A stretch of DNA of 51,107 nt, taken from the NCBI GenBank assembly GCA_965368815.1, contig CBDUOH010000004.1, positions 1 through 51,107 of the forward strand. Reading direction: 5' to 3'. Every line of letters begins with the position of its first letter. Position 1 is the first letter of the stretch. The position numbers and the translations under genes are program-made. The notes beneath the pieces were generated by a model. The model saw only the letters and a list, made by a program, of their open reading frames with translations. It was not told where the DNA came from and did no database searches. This DNA is from an uncultured Acidimicrobiia bacterium. Its GTDB lineage: Bacteria > Actinomycetota > Acidimicrobiia > Spongiisociales > UBA5794. Shown here piece by piece: positions 18,144-26,917 of this stretch.

Positions 18144-18484
18144 GAGCCTGAGCTCCGTTCGCGGACGACTGGGGCTGTCGGCGCCGATGGAGCCGAAGCA
18201 GGGCCCTGCACCGTGACGGTCTGCACGATGACCTTCGGTTCGGGTCGTTCGACCGGCGTGTAGCGCAGGACGACGATGCCCGATTCGGGCAGCGTAGGTG
18301 CGGCAGCCGGTGCGTCCACCAGGATGGTGGTCGTTGTGGGGGCGGGTTCGCCGACCGGTACCTCAGGCTCGACGCCGGGAGTCGCATTTGCCAATGCGAC
18401 GGCTGCGGTGCCCCAGGTCACCGACGCCGCAGTCCACGCGGCGATTCCCGCGACCCTGCTCGGTGAGAGACGTCGGGATGCCAT
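18140..18484 (-). CDS. Secreted/anchored Pro/Thr-rich protein ending in RSSGS
   Basis: N-terminal hydrophobic segment; overlaps both neighbours. Confidence 0.75.
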   Translation of the reverse strand: MASRRLSPSRVAGIAAWTAASVTWGTAAVALANATPGVEPEVPVGEPAPTTTTILVDAPAAAPTLPESGIVVLRYTPVERPEPKVIVQTVTVQGPASAPSAPTAPVVRERSSGS

Positions 18485-18828
18485 CAGTCGCCACCTTCTT
18501 CTCGAATCACCAGGATGACGCCTGCGTCGCTCAATACCCGCACCACCGCGGGATCGAGTTCAGCCTGTTCATCGGGTGTCAGAGACTGCGCATACCCCGT
18601 GTTGCCAAGCGCCTCAGCAACGGCATCGTCAAGGGTGCCGACCGACGGCAACTGCGAGGGCTCCGTGATGGGCGTTGTGATGGGAGCCGCGACCTCGGCG
18701 GCCGACGGTGGCAGGATCTCGGAACCCGCCACCGCCGTAGCCGAAGCCGTCTGGCCCACCGAAACAAGCACGATCGCTGCGGCGCCTGTTGCGACGCTGC
18801 CTGCGAGTGCTGATACCCAACGCATCAT
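18484..18828 (-). CDS. Secreted/anchored hypothetical protein
   Basis: MMRWVSALAGSVATGAAAIVLV signal-like N-terminus; ATGA overlap upstream. Confidence 0.7.
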   Translation of the reverse strand: MMRWVSALAGSVATGAAAIVLVSVGQTASATAVAGSEILPPSAAEVAAPITTPITEPSQLPSVGTLDDAVAEALGNTGYAQSLTPDEQAELDPAVVRVLSDAGVILVIREEGGD

Positions 18829-19391
18829 CCCTCGTGGTCCTCGTCTTCGTGATCCTCGTCTTCGTGGTCTTCGTGATCCTCGTCGTCGTCGTCTTCGTGG
18901 TCTTCGTGATCCTCGTCGTCGTCGTGGTCTCCGTAGTCGTCGTCGTCGTGGTCCTCGTACTCGTCGTCGGCGATGGTCGTGCCGGGCGACGAACCCGAGC
19001 TGGTCCGGGTGACGACGCGAACGACATCGTCGGGCACGGGCGGGCCGGCGACGGTCATGCCGTTGGCCGCACAAACCTCGCGCAACGCGTCGAGAGCGGC
19101 GGCCTCGATCTCGGAGATCGATTGATCCTGCTCTTTCTCGATGAGATCCTCAGCACCGTCCGTGCATGCCTCGTCGATGGCCTCGCCTCCATCGACAGTC
19201 GTCGTCGTGGTGTCGATCGCTGTCGTAGTGGTCGACGTTGTCGTCGTGATCTCCTCAGCCAACACCGCGGGCGGGCGGGTGGTCGCCACGATGGCGACCG
19301 CAGCGATGGCGGTCGCCGGTACGAGGAGCAAGCCTGTGAGCACGGCTCCTGAGATACCGAGCCCTGCTCGACCTGTCTTGTTCTCGGACAT
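18825..19391 (-). CDS. Anchored protein with Thr linker, Cys pair and Asp/Glu/His-rich tail
   Basis: AGGAGG RBS; TM segment; tail DDEYEDHDDDDYGDHDDDEDHEDHEDDDDEDHEDHEDEDHEDEDHEG. Confidence 0.8.
   Translation of the reverse strand: MSENKTGRAGLGISGAVLTGLLLVPATAIAAVAIVATTRPPAVLAEEITTTTSTTTTAIDTTTTTVDGGEAIDEACTDGAEDLIEKEQDQSISEIEAAALDALREVCAANGMTVAGPPVPDDVVRVVTRTSSGSSPGTTIADDEYEDHDDDDYGDHDDDEDHEDHEDDDDEDHEDHEDEDHEDEDHEG
18831..18970. repeat. Low-complexity tandem coding repeat (EDH/DED units)
   Basis: Repeated tcgtcttcgtg(a/g)tc units and tcg triplets. Confidence 0.8.
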
Positions 19392-19487
19392 GGAATCCTC
19401 CTGATTCGGGATCTGTTCCCGCCACGATGCGGCAGTGTGCGTTAACGGCGCGGTAAACGAAGCCAAACCGTGCGGAAACTCTGAGAA

Positions 19488-20777
19488 TCAGCGGTCGTCG
19501 ACGTCGAGGCGTATGACGATGGCAGCTCCGTCAAGGAGGATCGATTGACCGATCGCGATCGTACCGCCGTTGTTCTCGACCGTTCTGCGCACGATGTCGA
19601 GGCCAAGACCCGTCGAATCGCCGCGAGAGGTTCCCCGTTCCACCGCCGTAGTGTCGGTGAATCCGGGTCCTGCGTCCTCAACCACCAGAACCGCCGACGT
19701 GCCTTCCCGTTCCAGGGTCACGGCGAACGGGGTTCCTTCGGGTGTGTGCGAAAGGACGTTCTCGATGAGGGCGTCGATCACCGCTTCGGTGTCGACAAGC
19801 GGGATCGGAACAGGCATGGGTTCTTCGGAGATGTTTGTGGACACGCGTCGCTGCTGGTCCGAGGCAAGCGGTTCCCAGAAGGCGAGCCGATCTCGGAGGA
19901 CGGCTGCAATGTCCGATCCTTGCAGTTCCTCTCGTCTGACCGGTCGACGCGCCTCCCTGATGATGAAGTCGGTGGTCCGTTGGAGGTCGTCCATGTCCGC
20001 AGACAACCTGTCTTTCTGGCGTCCTTCGTCCAGGCCTTCGATGCTGAGTCTCGCTGCTGTGAGCGGGGTGCGAAGTCGATGGGCGAGATCCGCCACCGAT
20101 TCGCGCTCCTGCTGGAGGAGTCGCCCTATCTGATCGGCGAGCCGGTTGAACTCTCTGCCCACTTCTTCGACTTCGGAAGGGCCGCTCGGCTCGACCCTTG
20201 CCCCGAGTTCACCGTGTCCGAGTCGATTCGCCACGGCCGCAAGGGCGTTGACCGGTTGCACCATCGATCGGCCGAGTCGATCTGCGACCCAGGCAGCGAT
20301 CACGACGAGGGCGAATCCGAGCGCAGCAAGGATCGCCCAGCTACGCATCACGCCCTCTCGCATGACCGAGTCCGGAACGAATGCCCGAACCACAGCGGTG
20401 GAGCCGTCTGTCATCAGGACAGGGACATACACCGCAATGCCGCCTTCGGTCGGAGCGAGGAACGATGTGCCCGCGGTGGCAAGCGTCAGGTCCTCATTCG
20501 GCGGGATGTCGGCGCCGATCACCGCTCCGTCGGGGAGTATGACCGACCCCCTCACGTCCTCGATTCGTTCCTCACCCACTGTGGCGATCGCGTCCTCGAG
20601 TGTTCCTGAAACCGTGAGGACCGAGAGTATGCGAGCGAGCGTCTCGGCGTCCCGTTCGCCCTCCGACAGGGCGGAGTCCCGTGCCAGGTCCGACACCAGG
20701 ATGAAGAGCGGTACGAGGAACGCAACGACGACCATTGAGGTGACAGCCACAGAAACGAGGATCAGTCGGCGTCTCAC
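19488..20777 (-). CDS. HAMP-domain sensor histidine kinase
   Basis: Two TMs, HAMP, H-box DLAHRLRTPLT, ENVLSHT, VEDAGPGF, TGLGLDIV. Confidence 0.94.
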   Translation of the reverse strand: MRRRLILVSVAVTSMVVVAFLVPLFILVSDLARDSALSEGERDAETLARILSVLTVSGTLEDAIATVGEERIEDVRGSVILPDGAVIGADIPPNEDLTLATAGTSFLAPTEGGIAVYVPVLMTDGSTAVVRAFVPDSVMREGVMRSWAILAALGFALVVIAAWVADRLGRSMVQPVNALAAVANRLGHGELGARVEPSGPSEVEEVGREFNRLADQIGRLLQQERESVADLAHRLRTPLTAARLSIEGLDEGRQKDRLSADMDDLQRTTDFIIREARRPVRREELQGSDIAAVLRDRLAFWEPLASDQQRRVSTNISEEPMPVPIPLVDTEAVIDALIENVLSHTPEGTPFAVTLEREGTSAVLVVEDAGPGFTDTTAVERGTSRGDSTGLGLDIVRRTVENNGGTIAIGQSILLDGAAIVIRLDVDDR

Positions 20778-21457
20778 TGGGTCGGATCGACGAGCCGAAC
20801 CCCGACTCCTCGCTTGGTGTGGAGATAGACCGGCTCGGCTGCCGTTTCGCCGAGGGCCTTGCGAAGCCACGAGACGTGCACATCCACCGTCTTGTCGGCA
20901 CCTCCGTAGGGCTGGTGCCACACCTGGGCGAGTATTTCGCGCTTGCTGCACATCTTGCCCGGCCGGCTTGCGAGGTAGGCGAGGAGATCGAATGCCCGAG
21001 CGGTGACATCGAGGGGTTCTCCGGCAAGTGTCGCTTCGTGGGCGTCGAGGTCCACACGGAGATCACCGATCTCGATGATCTCGTCCGGTGTGTGATCTGA
21101 TGCGCGTCGCATCACCGCGCGTATGCGGGCGGCGAGATGATCGGCCGAATACGGTTTCACGACGTAGTCGTCGGCGCCGGCGTCGAGAACTTTGATGATG
21201 TCCGGCTCGTCGTCTCGTGCCGTTGCGACGACAACCGGAATCGTGCTGACCGCTCGGATCATGCGCAGGGCCTCGGCTCCATCGAGGTCGGGAAGTCCGA
21301 GATCGAGGACGACCACGTCATGTTCGCCCGACACGGCGCGGTGGACGCCGTCCATGGCTGTCCCGACTGACTCGACGGTGTGACCTCGTTCAGCGAGTCT
21401 GGTTGCGAGTTCCTCGCGGATTCGCTGCTCGTCCTCGATGACCAGTATGGATGGCAT
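20774..21457 (-). CDS. OmpR/PhoB family response regulator
   Basis: ILVIEDE, VLDLGLPDLDG, GADDYVVKPY, VDVHVSWLRKAL. Confidence 0.95.
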   Translation of the reverse strand: MPSILVIEDEQRIREELATRLAERGHTVESVGTAMDGVHRAVSGEHDVVVLDLGLPDLDGAEALRMIRAVSTIPVVVATARDDEPDIIKVLDAGADDYVVKPYSADHLAARIRAVMRRASDHTPDEIIEIGDLRVDLDAHEATLAGEPLDVTARAFDLLAYLASRPGKMCSKREILAQVWHQPYGGADKTVDVHVSWLRKALGETAAEPVYLHTKRGVGVRLVDPTQ

Positions 21458-21572
21458 GTCGGGATCAACGTTAACGCCGGACCCGCGCACGCATCCGCTC
21501 GTTATGCGATCAATGACCGGGGTTTAGCGCTCGGTTAACCCAGTAGCCATGGAATCGGGGAGACTTGGACAC

Positions 21573-22151
21573 ATGAGAACAGCTGGCATTCGATTCTTCG
21601 CCGCGTGGCTCGGTGCCACGCTTGTGGCTGTCGTGGTGGCCGCCGCCGCCGTCGGGTCGGTGCGGTCACAGCTGACCGACACGCCGACCCCACTCGGGGC
21701 GTCCGCTTCCGCAACGTTCCCGACCGAGAACACCACGCCGAGCACCTCGTCTGCTGATGGTGCTGGGGCCGATCCCGCAAGTACCACGACCACCACGGAC
21801 GCGGGCGCCGGGGGTTCGGCGACCTCCACCTCGACGTCGGTGCCGCCGAATTCGGCCACGTCCTCGACCTCAACGACCACGCCACCAACGTCGTCGACGC
21901 AGGCTCAGAGCTACTCGAGAACGTTCGAGACACCCGGTGGCTCGGTTCGTGTCGTCGTCGACGGATCCGATGTTTCCTTCGGGGGCGCGGTTCCGAAGAC
22001 CGGCTGGCGTGTGGAACTCAAGGAATCCGGACCCCAAGAGGTCAAGGTCGAGTTCGAACAAAACGAGGGCAGCGGCAAGATCGAGTTCGCCGCGAAGGTG
22101 GAGCACGGTGAACTCGTGACGGAGATCTCATCGGAAGACCACGACGACTGA
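21573..22151 (+). CDS. Secreted/anchored Ser/Thr-rich protein with small C-terminal beta domain
   Basis: Hydrophobic N-terminus, S/T linker, GGSVRV...AVPKTGWRVE...VKVEF; start could be 21549. Confidence 0.8.
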   Translation: MRTAGIRFFAAWLGATLVAVVVAAAAVGSVRSQLTDTPTPLGASASATFPTENTTPSTSSADGAGADPASTTTTTDAGAGGSATSTSTSVPPNSATSSTSTTTPPTSSTQAQSYSRTFETPGGSVRVVVDGSDVSFGGAVPKTGWRVELKESGPQEVKVEFEQNEGSGKIEFAAKVEHGELVTEISSEDHDD

Positions 22152-22190
22152 GCCGGACCGTCCCGACGACAACGCAATCCGCCTCTCCCG

Positions 22191-22249
22191 CGTTCTGTGG
22201 GCCCGAGTACCACGTTTTCGTGGTCGTACAACCCCGGGTACGCGGTTTC
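22191..22249 (+). repeat. 59-bp intergenic repeat, copy 2
   Basis: 56/59 identical to 16687-16745, same orientation. Confidence 0.9.
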
Positions 22250-22263
22250 GGGCAATCGGTCAA

Positions 22264-22995
22264 TCAGATTCGGACGCCTTTGGGCAAGCCCAGGCGGTGG
22301 GTTGTGAGGAGGTCGGTGTCGCGCAGGATGGTTGCGGTCGAACCGTCTGCCACCACACGTCCGGCGTCCAGAATGAGGGCCCGGTCGCACACCTCGTTTG
22401 CGTAGAGCAGGTCGTGGGTCACGATGAGTTGTGTCACGTCGAGTCCGTCCAGGATCGTCGTCAGTTCCGACCGCGACGCGGGATCGAGGTTGGCGGTCGG
22501 TTCGTCGAGCACGATGATGTCGGGTTCCATCGCGAGCACGCCGGCGATTGCGACACGACGCTTCTGACCGAACGAGAGGTGGTTCGGTGGACGGTCGGCA
22601 AGGTCAAGGACGCCCACCGCGTCCATCGCTGCGTCGGTACGCTCCTTCAGCGCCTGACCCTCGAGCCCGAGATTCCGGGGTCCGAATTCGACGTCGGTGC
22701 GCACGGTGGTCATGAACAGCTGGTCGTCGGGATCCTGGAAGACGATGCCGACCCTGCGCCTGATGTCCATGACCGAGGTGTTGTCGAGCTCTATCCCTGA
22801 GACGACGACGCTCCCTGTCTGGGGCATGTGGATTCCGTTCATGTGGAGTATGAGGGTCGTCTTGCCCGCGCCGTTCGGGCCGAGCACAGCGACGCGCTCA
22901 CCCGCATGGATGTGAAGCGAAACGTCGTTCAGTGCCGCCGTGCCGTCGGGGTATCGATACGACAGATCGTCGATGGCGATCACCGGTGTGCTCAT
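22264..22995 (-). CDS. cbiO: ECF transporter ATPase (NikO/CbiO)
   Basis: GPNGAGKTT, VFQDPDDQLF, LSFGQKRRVAIAG. Confidence 0.93.
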   Translation of the reverse strand: MSTPVIAIDDLSYRYPDGTAALNDVSLHIHAGERVAVLGPNGAGKTTLILHMNGIHMPQTGSVVVSGIELDNTSVMDIRRRVGIVFQDPDDQLFMTTVRTDVEFGPRNLGLEGQALKERTDAAMDAVGVLDLADRPPNHLSFGQKRRVAIAGVLAMEPDIIVLDEPTANLDPASRSELTTILDGLDVTQLIVTHDLLYANEVCDRALILDAGRVVADGSTATILRDTDLLTTHRLGLPKGVRI

Positions 22996-23759
22996 GCCGT
23001 CACCTGGGCCGCCATCGCTATCGCCCACACGGCAGCGATGAGGGCGATTCCGAGGATCCACTCTGCAGTGGGCGTCGCGGGAATGGCGGACGTCGGCATC
23101 GTCCCGGTGTATCCACGTGACCGCATGGCCAGGTAGACCCGTTCGCCCCGTTCATATGTCCGTACGAACATCACACCGAGCGTTCGCGCGATGGGCCCCA
23201 CCTGGGCGATCCATCTCGCATCGTGACCCCGCGATGTCATGGCAGTCCGCATCCTCGACCAATCGGACAGGATCACGTCGATGTATCGCACCATGAATCC
23301 AGCGATAGACGTCACGATCGACGGCATCCGGAGTCCGTCGAGTCCGACGAGGATCTCGGGAACCTGGGTCGTTGCACCGAGGATCACCGCCACAGCGAGG
23401 CCGAGTGTCGCCTTCGCCAGGATGTTCCACGCATCCCAGAGACCCGGTTCCGACAACTGGATCCCCACGAATTCGAGTGTTGGGCCACCCCCGACCAACG
23501 GGAGGAGGACTGCGACGAGGAGGAACGGGACCTCGATCACCATGCGTCTTGCAGCAAACCGTGGCGTTATTCCCGCGATGGCCGACAGGCCGATCATGAG
23601 CCCCGCGTAGAGAGCGAACGCCCAGAACGCTTCGCGGGGTGTGAGCACGATGCCTATCACGATCAGGAACGAGCCCACGATCTTGACCTGGGGGGACAGC
23701 CGGTGGAGGGGTGAATGTCCGTGGGCGTAGAGCGCGTGGACGTGACTCGTTGCAGCCAT
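22992..23759 (-). CDS. cbiQ: ECF transporter T component (NikQ/CbiQ)
   Basis: SPLHRL, RTYERGERVYLAMRSRGY. Confidence 0.93.
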   Translation of the reverse strand: MAATSHVHALYAHGHSPLHRLSPQVKIVGSFLIVIGIVLTPREAFWAFALYAGLMIGLSAIAGITPRFAARRMVIEVPFLLVAVLLPLVGGGPTLEFVGIQLSEPGLWDAWNILAKATLGLAVAVILGATTQVPEILVGLDGLRMPSIVTSIAGFMVRYIDVILSDWSRMRTAMTSRGHDARWIAQVGPIARTLGVMFVRTYERGERVYLAMRSRGYTGTMPTSAIPATPTAEWILGIALIAAVWAIAMAAQVTA

Positions 23760-23760
23760 G

Positions 23761-24078
23761 TCAGTCCGGCTGACCGGGTGGGGAGGTGTCGTTGGTCGGG
23801 TGCGACGGACGGCTCAGCACCTTGAACAACGCGAAGCCTCCGCCGAGCGTGACTGCGATTCCGACAAGCGCAGCAAGGGCTCTGCTCAACCCGTCGTTCC
23901 CGTAGTCAGCGAGTGGAGACGCGTCGAGCGTGTGGCCTTCAGCTGTATCAGCGAAGCCCTCTTGTTCTGCGACAAATTCGAGTCCGTCCGGCTCTGACGA
24001 TGCGAATTGGCTCACGACCAACCCGGTTGCAAGAATCACGAGGAGCGCCGCGACGCCGAGGACCGTGTTGCGGTTCAC
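23761..24078 (-). CDS. PDGLE-domain protein (NikN-like)
   Basis: ASSEPDGLE motif flanked by two TMs. Confidence 0.9.
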   Translation of the reverse strand: MNRNTVLGVAALLVILATGLVVSQFASSEPDGLEFVAEQEGFADTAEGHTLDASPLADYGNDGLSRALAALVGIAVTLGGGFALFKVLSRPSHPTNDTSPPGQPD

Positions 24079-24755
24079 GCGTGTGTCTTTTCAGTTCGGT
24101 CGTATTCGTACGTCGGAGACCCATACACCAGGTCGGGTCGCGACCGGACCACGGCTGCTACGACCACGGCGGTGATGAATCCCTCTCCGATACCGATCAG
24201 CGAATGGGTGCCGACGAGGGCCCACAACACGGATGACAACGAAACGGAGGTTGTGGTTCCTGCGAGGGCAAACTCGAGTGCAAAAGCCGACGCAGCCAGC
24301 GGGACGGACACGGCAGCGGCAATGCCGGACGCGACGACCACACTCCGGGCGGATTTGTTGGACATCTGAAGCAGGGCGCGGTAGATCCAATAGCCCCCCA
24401 CCGCTGCTGCCCCGCCGAGGTTGACGATGTTGAGGCCCAACGCCGAAAGCCCGCCATCTGCGAACACCAAAGCCTGGACGCCGAGGACGATTGCCAACAC
24501 GAGGAATCCGGCTGACGGACCGACGAGGACCGCTGCGAGAACGCCGCCTATCAAATGGCCGCTCATCCCGGGCAGCACTGGGAAGTTGACCATCTGAGCA
24601 GCAAAGACAAAGGCTGCGCTCAGCGCGGCGAGGGGAACGAGGCGGTCGTTGAGGTACTGCTTGGCTCGGCGGACAGCGACTCCGAAACCACCTGCGGCTC
24701 CGATGCCAGCGATTGCCGAGGCTCCTGGTCCGATGAATCCGTCGGGTATGTGCAC
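24075..24755 (-). CDS. cbiM: ECF S component (NikM/CbiM)
   Basis: N-terminal MHIPDG metal-binding motif; FAAQMVNFP, SGHLIGG, HSLIGIGEG. Confidence 0.95.
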   Translation of the reverse strand: MHIPDGFIGPGASAIAGIGAAGGFGVAVRRAKQYLNDRLVPLAALSAAFVFAAQMVNFPVLPGMSGHLIGGVLAAVLVGPSAGFLVLAIVLGVQALVFADGGLSALGLNIVNLGGAAAVGGYWIYRALLQMSNKSARSVVVASGIAAAVSVPLAASAFALEFALAGTTTSVSLSSVLWALVGTHSLIGIGEGFITAVVVAAVVRSRPDLVYGSPTYEYDRTEKTHA

Positions 24756-24763
24756 GTTGAATC

Positions 24764-24788
24764 CTTATTGCGAACGACTCGCAATAAG
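24764..24788. promoter_or_regulatory. Nur-type operator
   Basis: Perfect 10-5-10 palindrome CTTATTGCGA-acgac-TCGCAATAAG just upstream of nikM/cbiM. Confidence 0.8.
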
Positions 24789-24789
24789 A

Positions 24790-25236
24790 CTACCTCGTTG
24801 CCTGCCGTGTGGCACATTCGTGGCAAAGACCTGTCAGCGCAAAGTGTTCGATGTTCGGGACGAACCCGGTTCGCTGTGTGATGCCATCGACGAGTGCACC
24901 GATGTCATCGCTCGAGATGGCCTCGGTTCTTCCGCACTCGGAGCACACCAAATGCTGGTGCTCGGGCTCATCGGTGAGGTGGTAGACGGTGGGCCCGTGT
25001 CCGATGTGTCCGTGTTTGACCACTCCTGCCTCTTCGAGCACGTCGAGCGTTCGGTAGACGGTCGCCATGTCGAGTTCCCCGTCGCCCTCCGACTGGACGC
25101 CTTCGAAGATCGTTGCGGCCGTGAGGTGTTCGTCGTGTCGGGTGGCGATCACGGCGCACACGAGCCGGCGCGGCTCGGTGATGCGGAGCCCGTGAGCCCT
25201 GAGGGTGGCAATCAGGTCGTCGGTGTGAATGTGCAT
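24790..25236 (-). CDS. nur: Fur-family regulator, Nur (nickel) subtype
   Basis: GLRITEPRR, ATVYRTL, HGHIGHG (Streptomyces Nur has HAHLGHG), HQHLVCSECG, CHEC; adjacent to nikMNQO. Confidence 0.8.
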   Translation of the reverse strand: MHIHTDDLIATLRAHGLRITEPRRLVCAVIATRHDEHLTAATIFEGVQSEGDGELDMATVYRTLDVLEEAGVVKHGHIGHGPTVYHLTDEPEHQHLVCSECGRTEAISSDDIGALVDGITQRTGFVPNIEHFALTGLCHECATRQATR

Positions 25237-25384
25237 CGGTGGTTTCCCTGAGCGTGGAACTCGGACCCGGGGACGGGACACGGGTTGCGAACCGAGGCTA
25301 CTGCGCTGGTCGAGCCGCTGCTGTTCGCTCGATGCAGGATGGGGAAGACAACTACATTGCACCTGAGGAACGAGGGGAGAGGTT

Positions 25385-26917
25385 GTGGACGTCATCGTTG
25401 ATGGTTCACCGCTCACGGTCGACGACGTGGTAGCGGTAGCGCATCGGCACGCCAAGGCAATCGCCGGTCGCGATCTCGATGCAACGATGGCACCGGCAAA
25501 GGCGCTCGTGAACCGTGTCGTGGACAACGACGAGATCGTGTACGGCATCACGACCGGCTTCGGCGCACTGGCGAACACACACATCCCTCCGGATCGGGCC
25601 TCGGACCTGCAATACGGTCTCATTCGGAGCCACGCCGCTGGCGTCGGCTCGCTCATGTCTCCCGAGATCGTCCGCGCGATGTTGCTGTGTCGGGCGCGGA
25701 CGCTGTCGCAGGGCTACTCGGGTGTCCGGCCCATCGTGGTGCGGACGCTGCTGCGGCTGCTGGACGCTGATGTGTTGCCGGCGGTTCCATCCCAGGGATC
25801 CGTCGGTGCTTCTGGTGATCTTGCGCCGTTCGCCCACCTCGCCCTACCGCTCATCGGGGAGGGCTTCGTCCTTGGCAAACACGGGCCCGTTCCCTCGCTC
25901 CCAGCTCTCGAAGCAGCTGGAATCGAACCACTTCGTCTCGAGGCGAAGGAGGGCCTCTCGCTGCTCAACGGAACCGAAGGCATGCTGGCCCAGGGGTGTC
26001 TCGCGGTGGCTCGCGCCAGACGCCTCGTCGACGCCGACGACGCCGCATGCGCGCTCAGCGTCGAAGCCCTGATGGGGTCGTCGCGTCCGTTCGACGAACG
26101 CATCCACGCGCTGCGGCCACACCCGGGGCAGATCGAGAGTGCACGCAGGATCCGGGCGCTCCTGGCCGGCTCTGAGATCTCCGAATCACATCACGACGAC
26201 TTCGCCCACAAGGTGCAGGATGCGTACAGCCTCCGGTGTGCACCCCAGGTGCATGGTGCGGTGCGGGATACGATCGCCCACGCCGAACGCGTGTTCAACA
26301 CGGAACTCGCTGCCGTTGTCGACAATCCGATTGTCTTTGCTGCCGACGGTGAGGTCGTGTCTGCTGGCAACTTCCATGGCCAGCCCCTGGCGTTCGCCCT
26401 CGACTTCCTCGCGATCGCAGTGGCAGAACTCGGATCGATCTCCGAACGACGGACGGACCGAATGCTCGATCCGTCGCGGTCGAGCGGCTTGACCGCGTTC
26501 CTCGCGACAACGCCCGGGGTCTCGAGCGGCTACATGATCACCCAGTACACCGCAGCGGCAATCGTCGCTGAGAACCGAATACTCGCCCACCCCGCGTCGG
26601 TTGACACGGTGCCGACGTCAGGCCTCCAGGAGGACCATGTCTCGATGGGGTGGGGCGCCGCCACGAAGCTCAACACGGTGCTCGAGAACACCGCTCGTGT
26701 GATCGCAGTCGAACTGATGTGTGCCGCCCAGGGGGCAGAACAACGGGGCATGGAGCTCGCGCCGGGCACACGAGCGATCAAGAAGGTTGTCCGAGGTGTG
26801 TGTGCGCCACTCGTCGACGATCGTCCGCCTGGGCCCGACATCGAAGCAATCGCGGCTGAGATCGAAGCGGGCGCGTTCAGCAGACTCGACGACTTGACGA
26901 CGGAGGACGCGACATGA
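25385..26917 (+). CDS. hutH: Histidine ammonia-lyase
   Basis: [12 protein letters not shown]-forming [32 protein letters not shown]. Confidence 0.97.
   Translation: MDVIVDGSPLTVDDVVAVAHRHAKAIAGRDLDATMAPAKALVNRVVDNDEIVYGITTGFGALANTHIPPDRASDLQYGLIRSHAAGVGSLMSPEIVRAMLLCRARTLSQGYSGVRPIVVRTLLRLLDADVLPAVPSQGSVGASGDLAPFAHLALPLIGEGFVLGKHGPVPSLPALEAAGIEPLRLEAKEGLSLLNGTEGMLAQGCLAVARARRLVDADDAACALSVEALMGSSRPFDERIHALRPHPGQIESARRIRALLAGSEISESHHDDFAHKVQDAYSLRCAPQVHGAVRDTIAHAERVFNTELAAVVDNPIVFAADGEVVSAGNFHGQPLAFALDFLAIAVAELGSISERRTDRMLDPSRSSGLTAFLATTPGVSSGYMITQYTAAAIVAENRILAHPASVDTVPTSGLQEDHVSMGWGAATKLNTVLENTARVIAVELMCAAQGAEQRGMELAPGTRAIKKVVRGVCAPLVDDRPPGPDIEAIAAEIEAGAFSRLDDLTTEDAT

Noticed and set aside
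16687-22249. CRISPR array or att sites from the 59-bp repeats
   Set aside because: There are only two copies 5.5 kb apart, with no spacers, cas genes, integrase or tRNA target
24756-24789. Cobalamin riboswitch upstream of cbiM-like gene
   Set aside because: The gap is only 34 bp and is occupied by a DNA palindrome
25285-25301. Second Nur box upstream of nur
   Set aside because: Only one half-site (TTGCGA) is present; the partner half (GGCTAC) does not match
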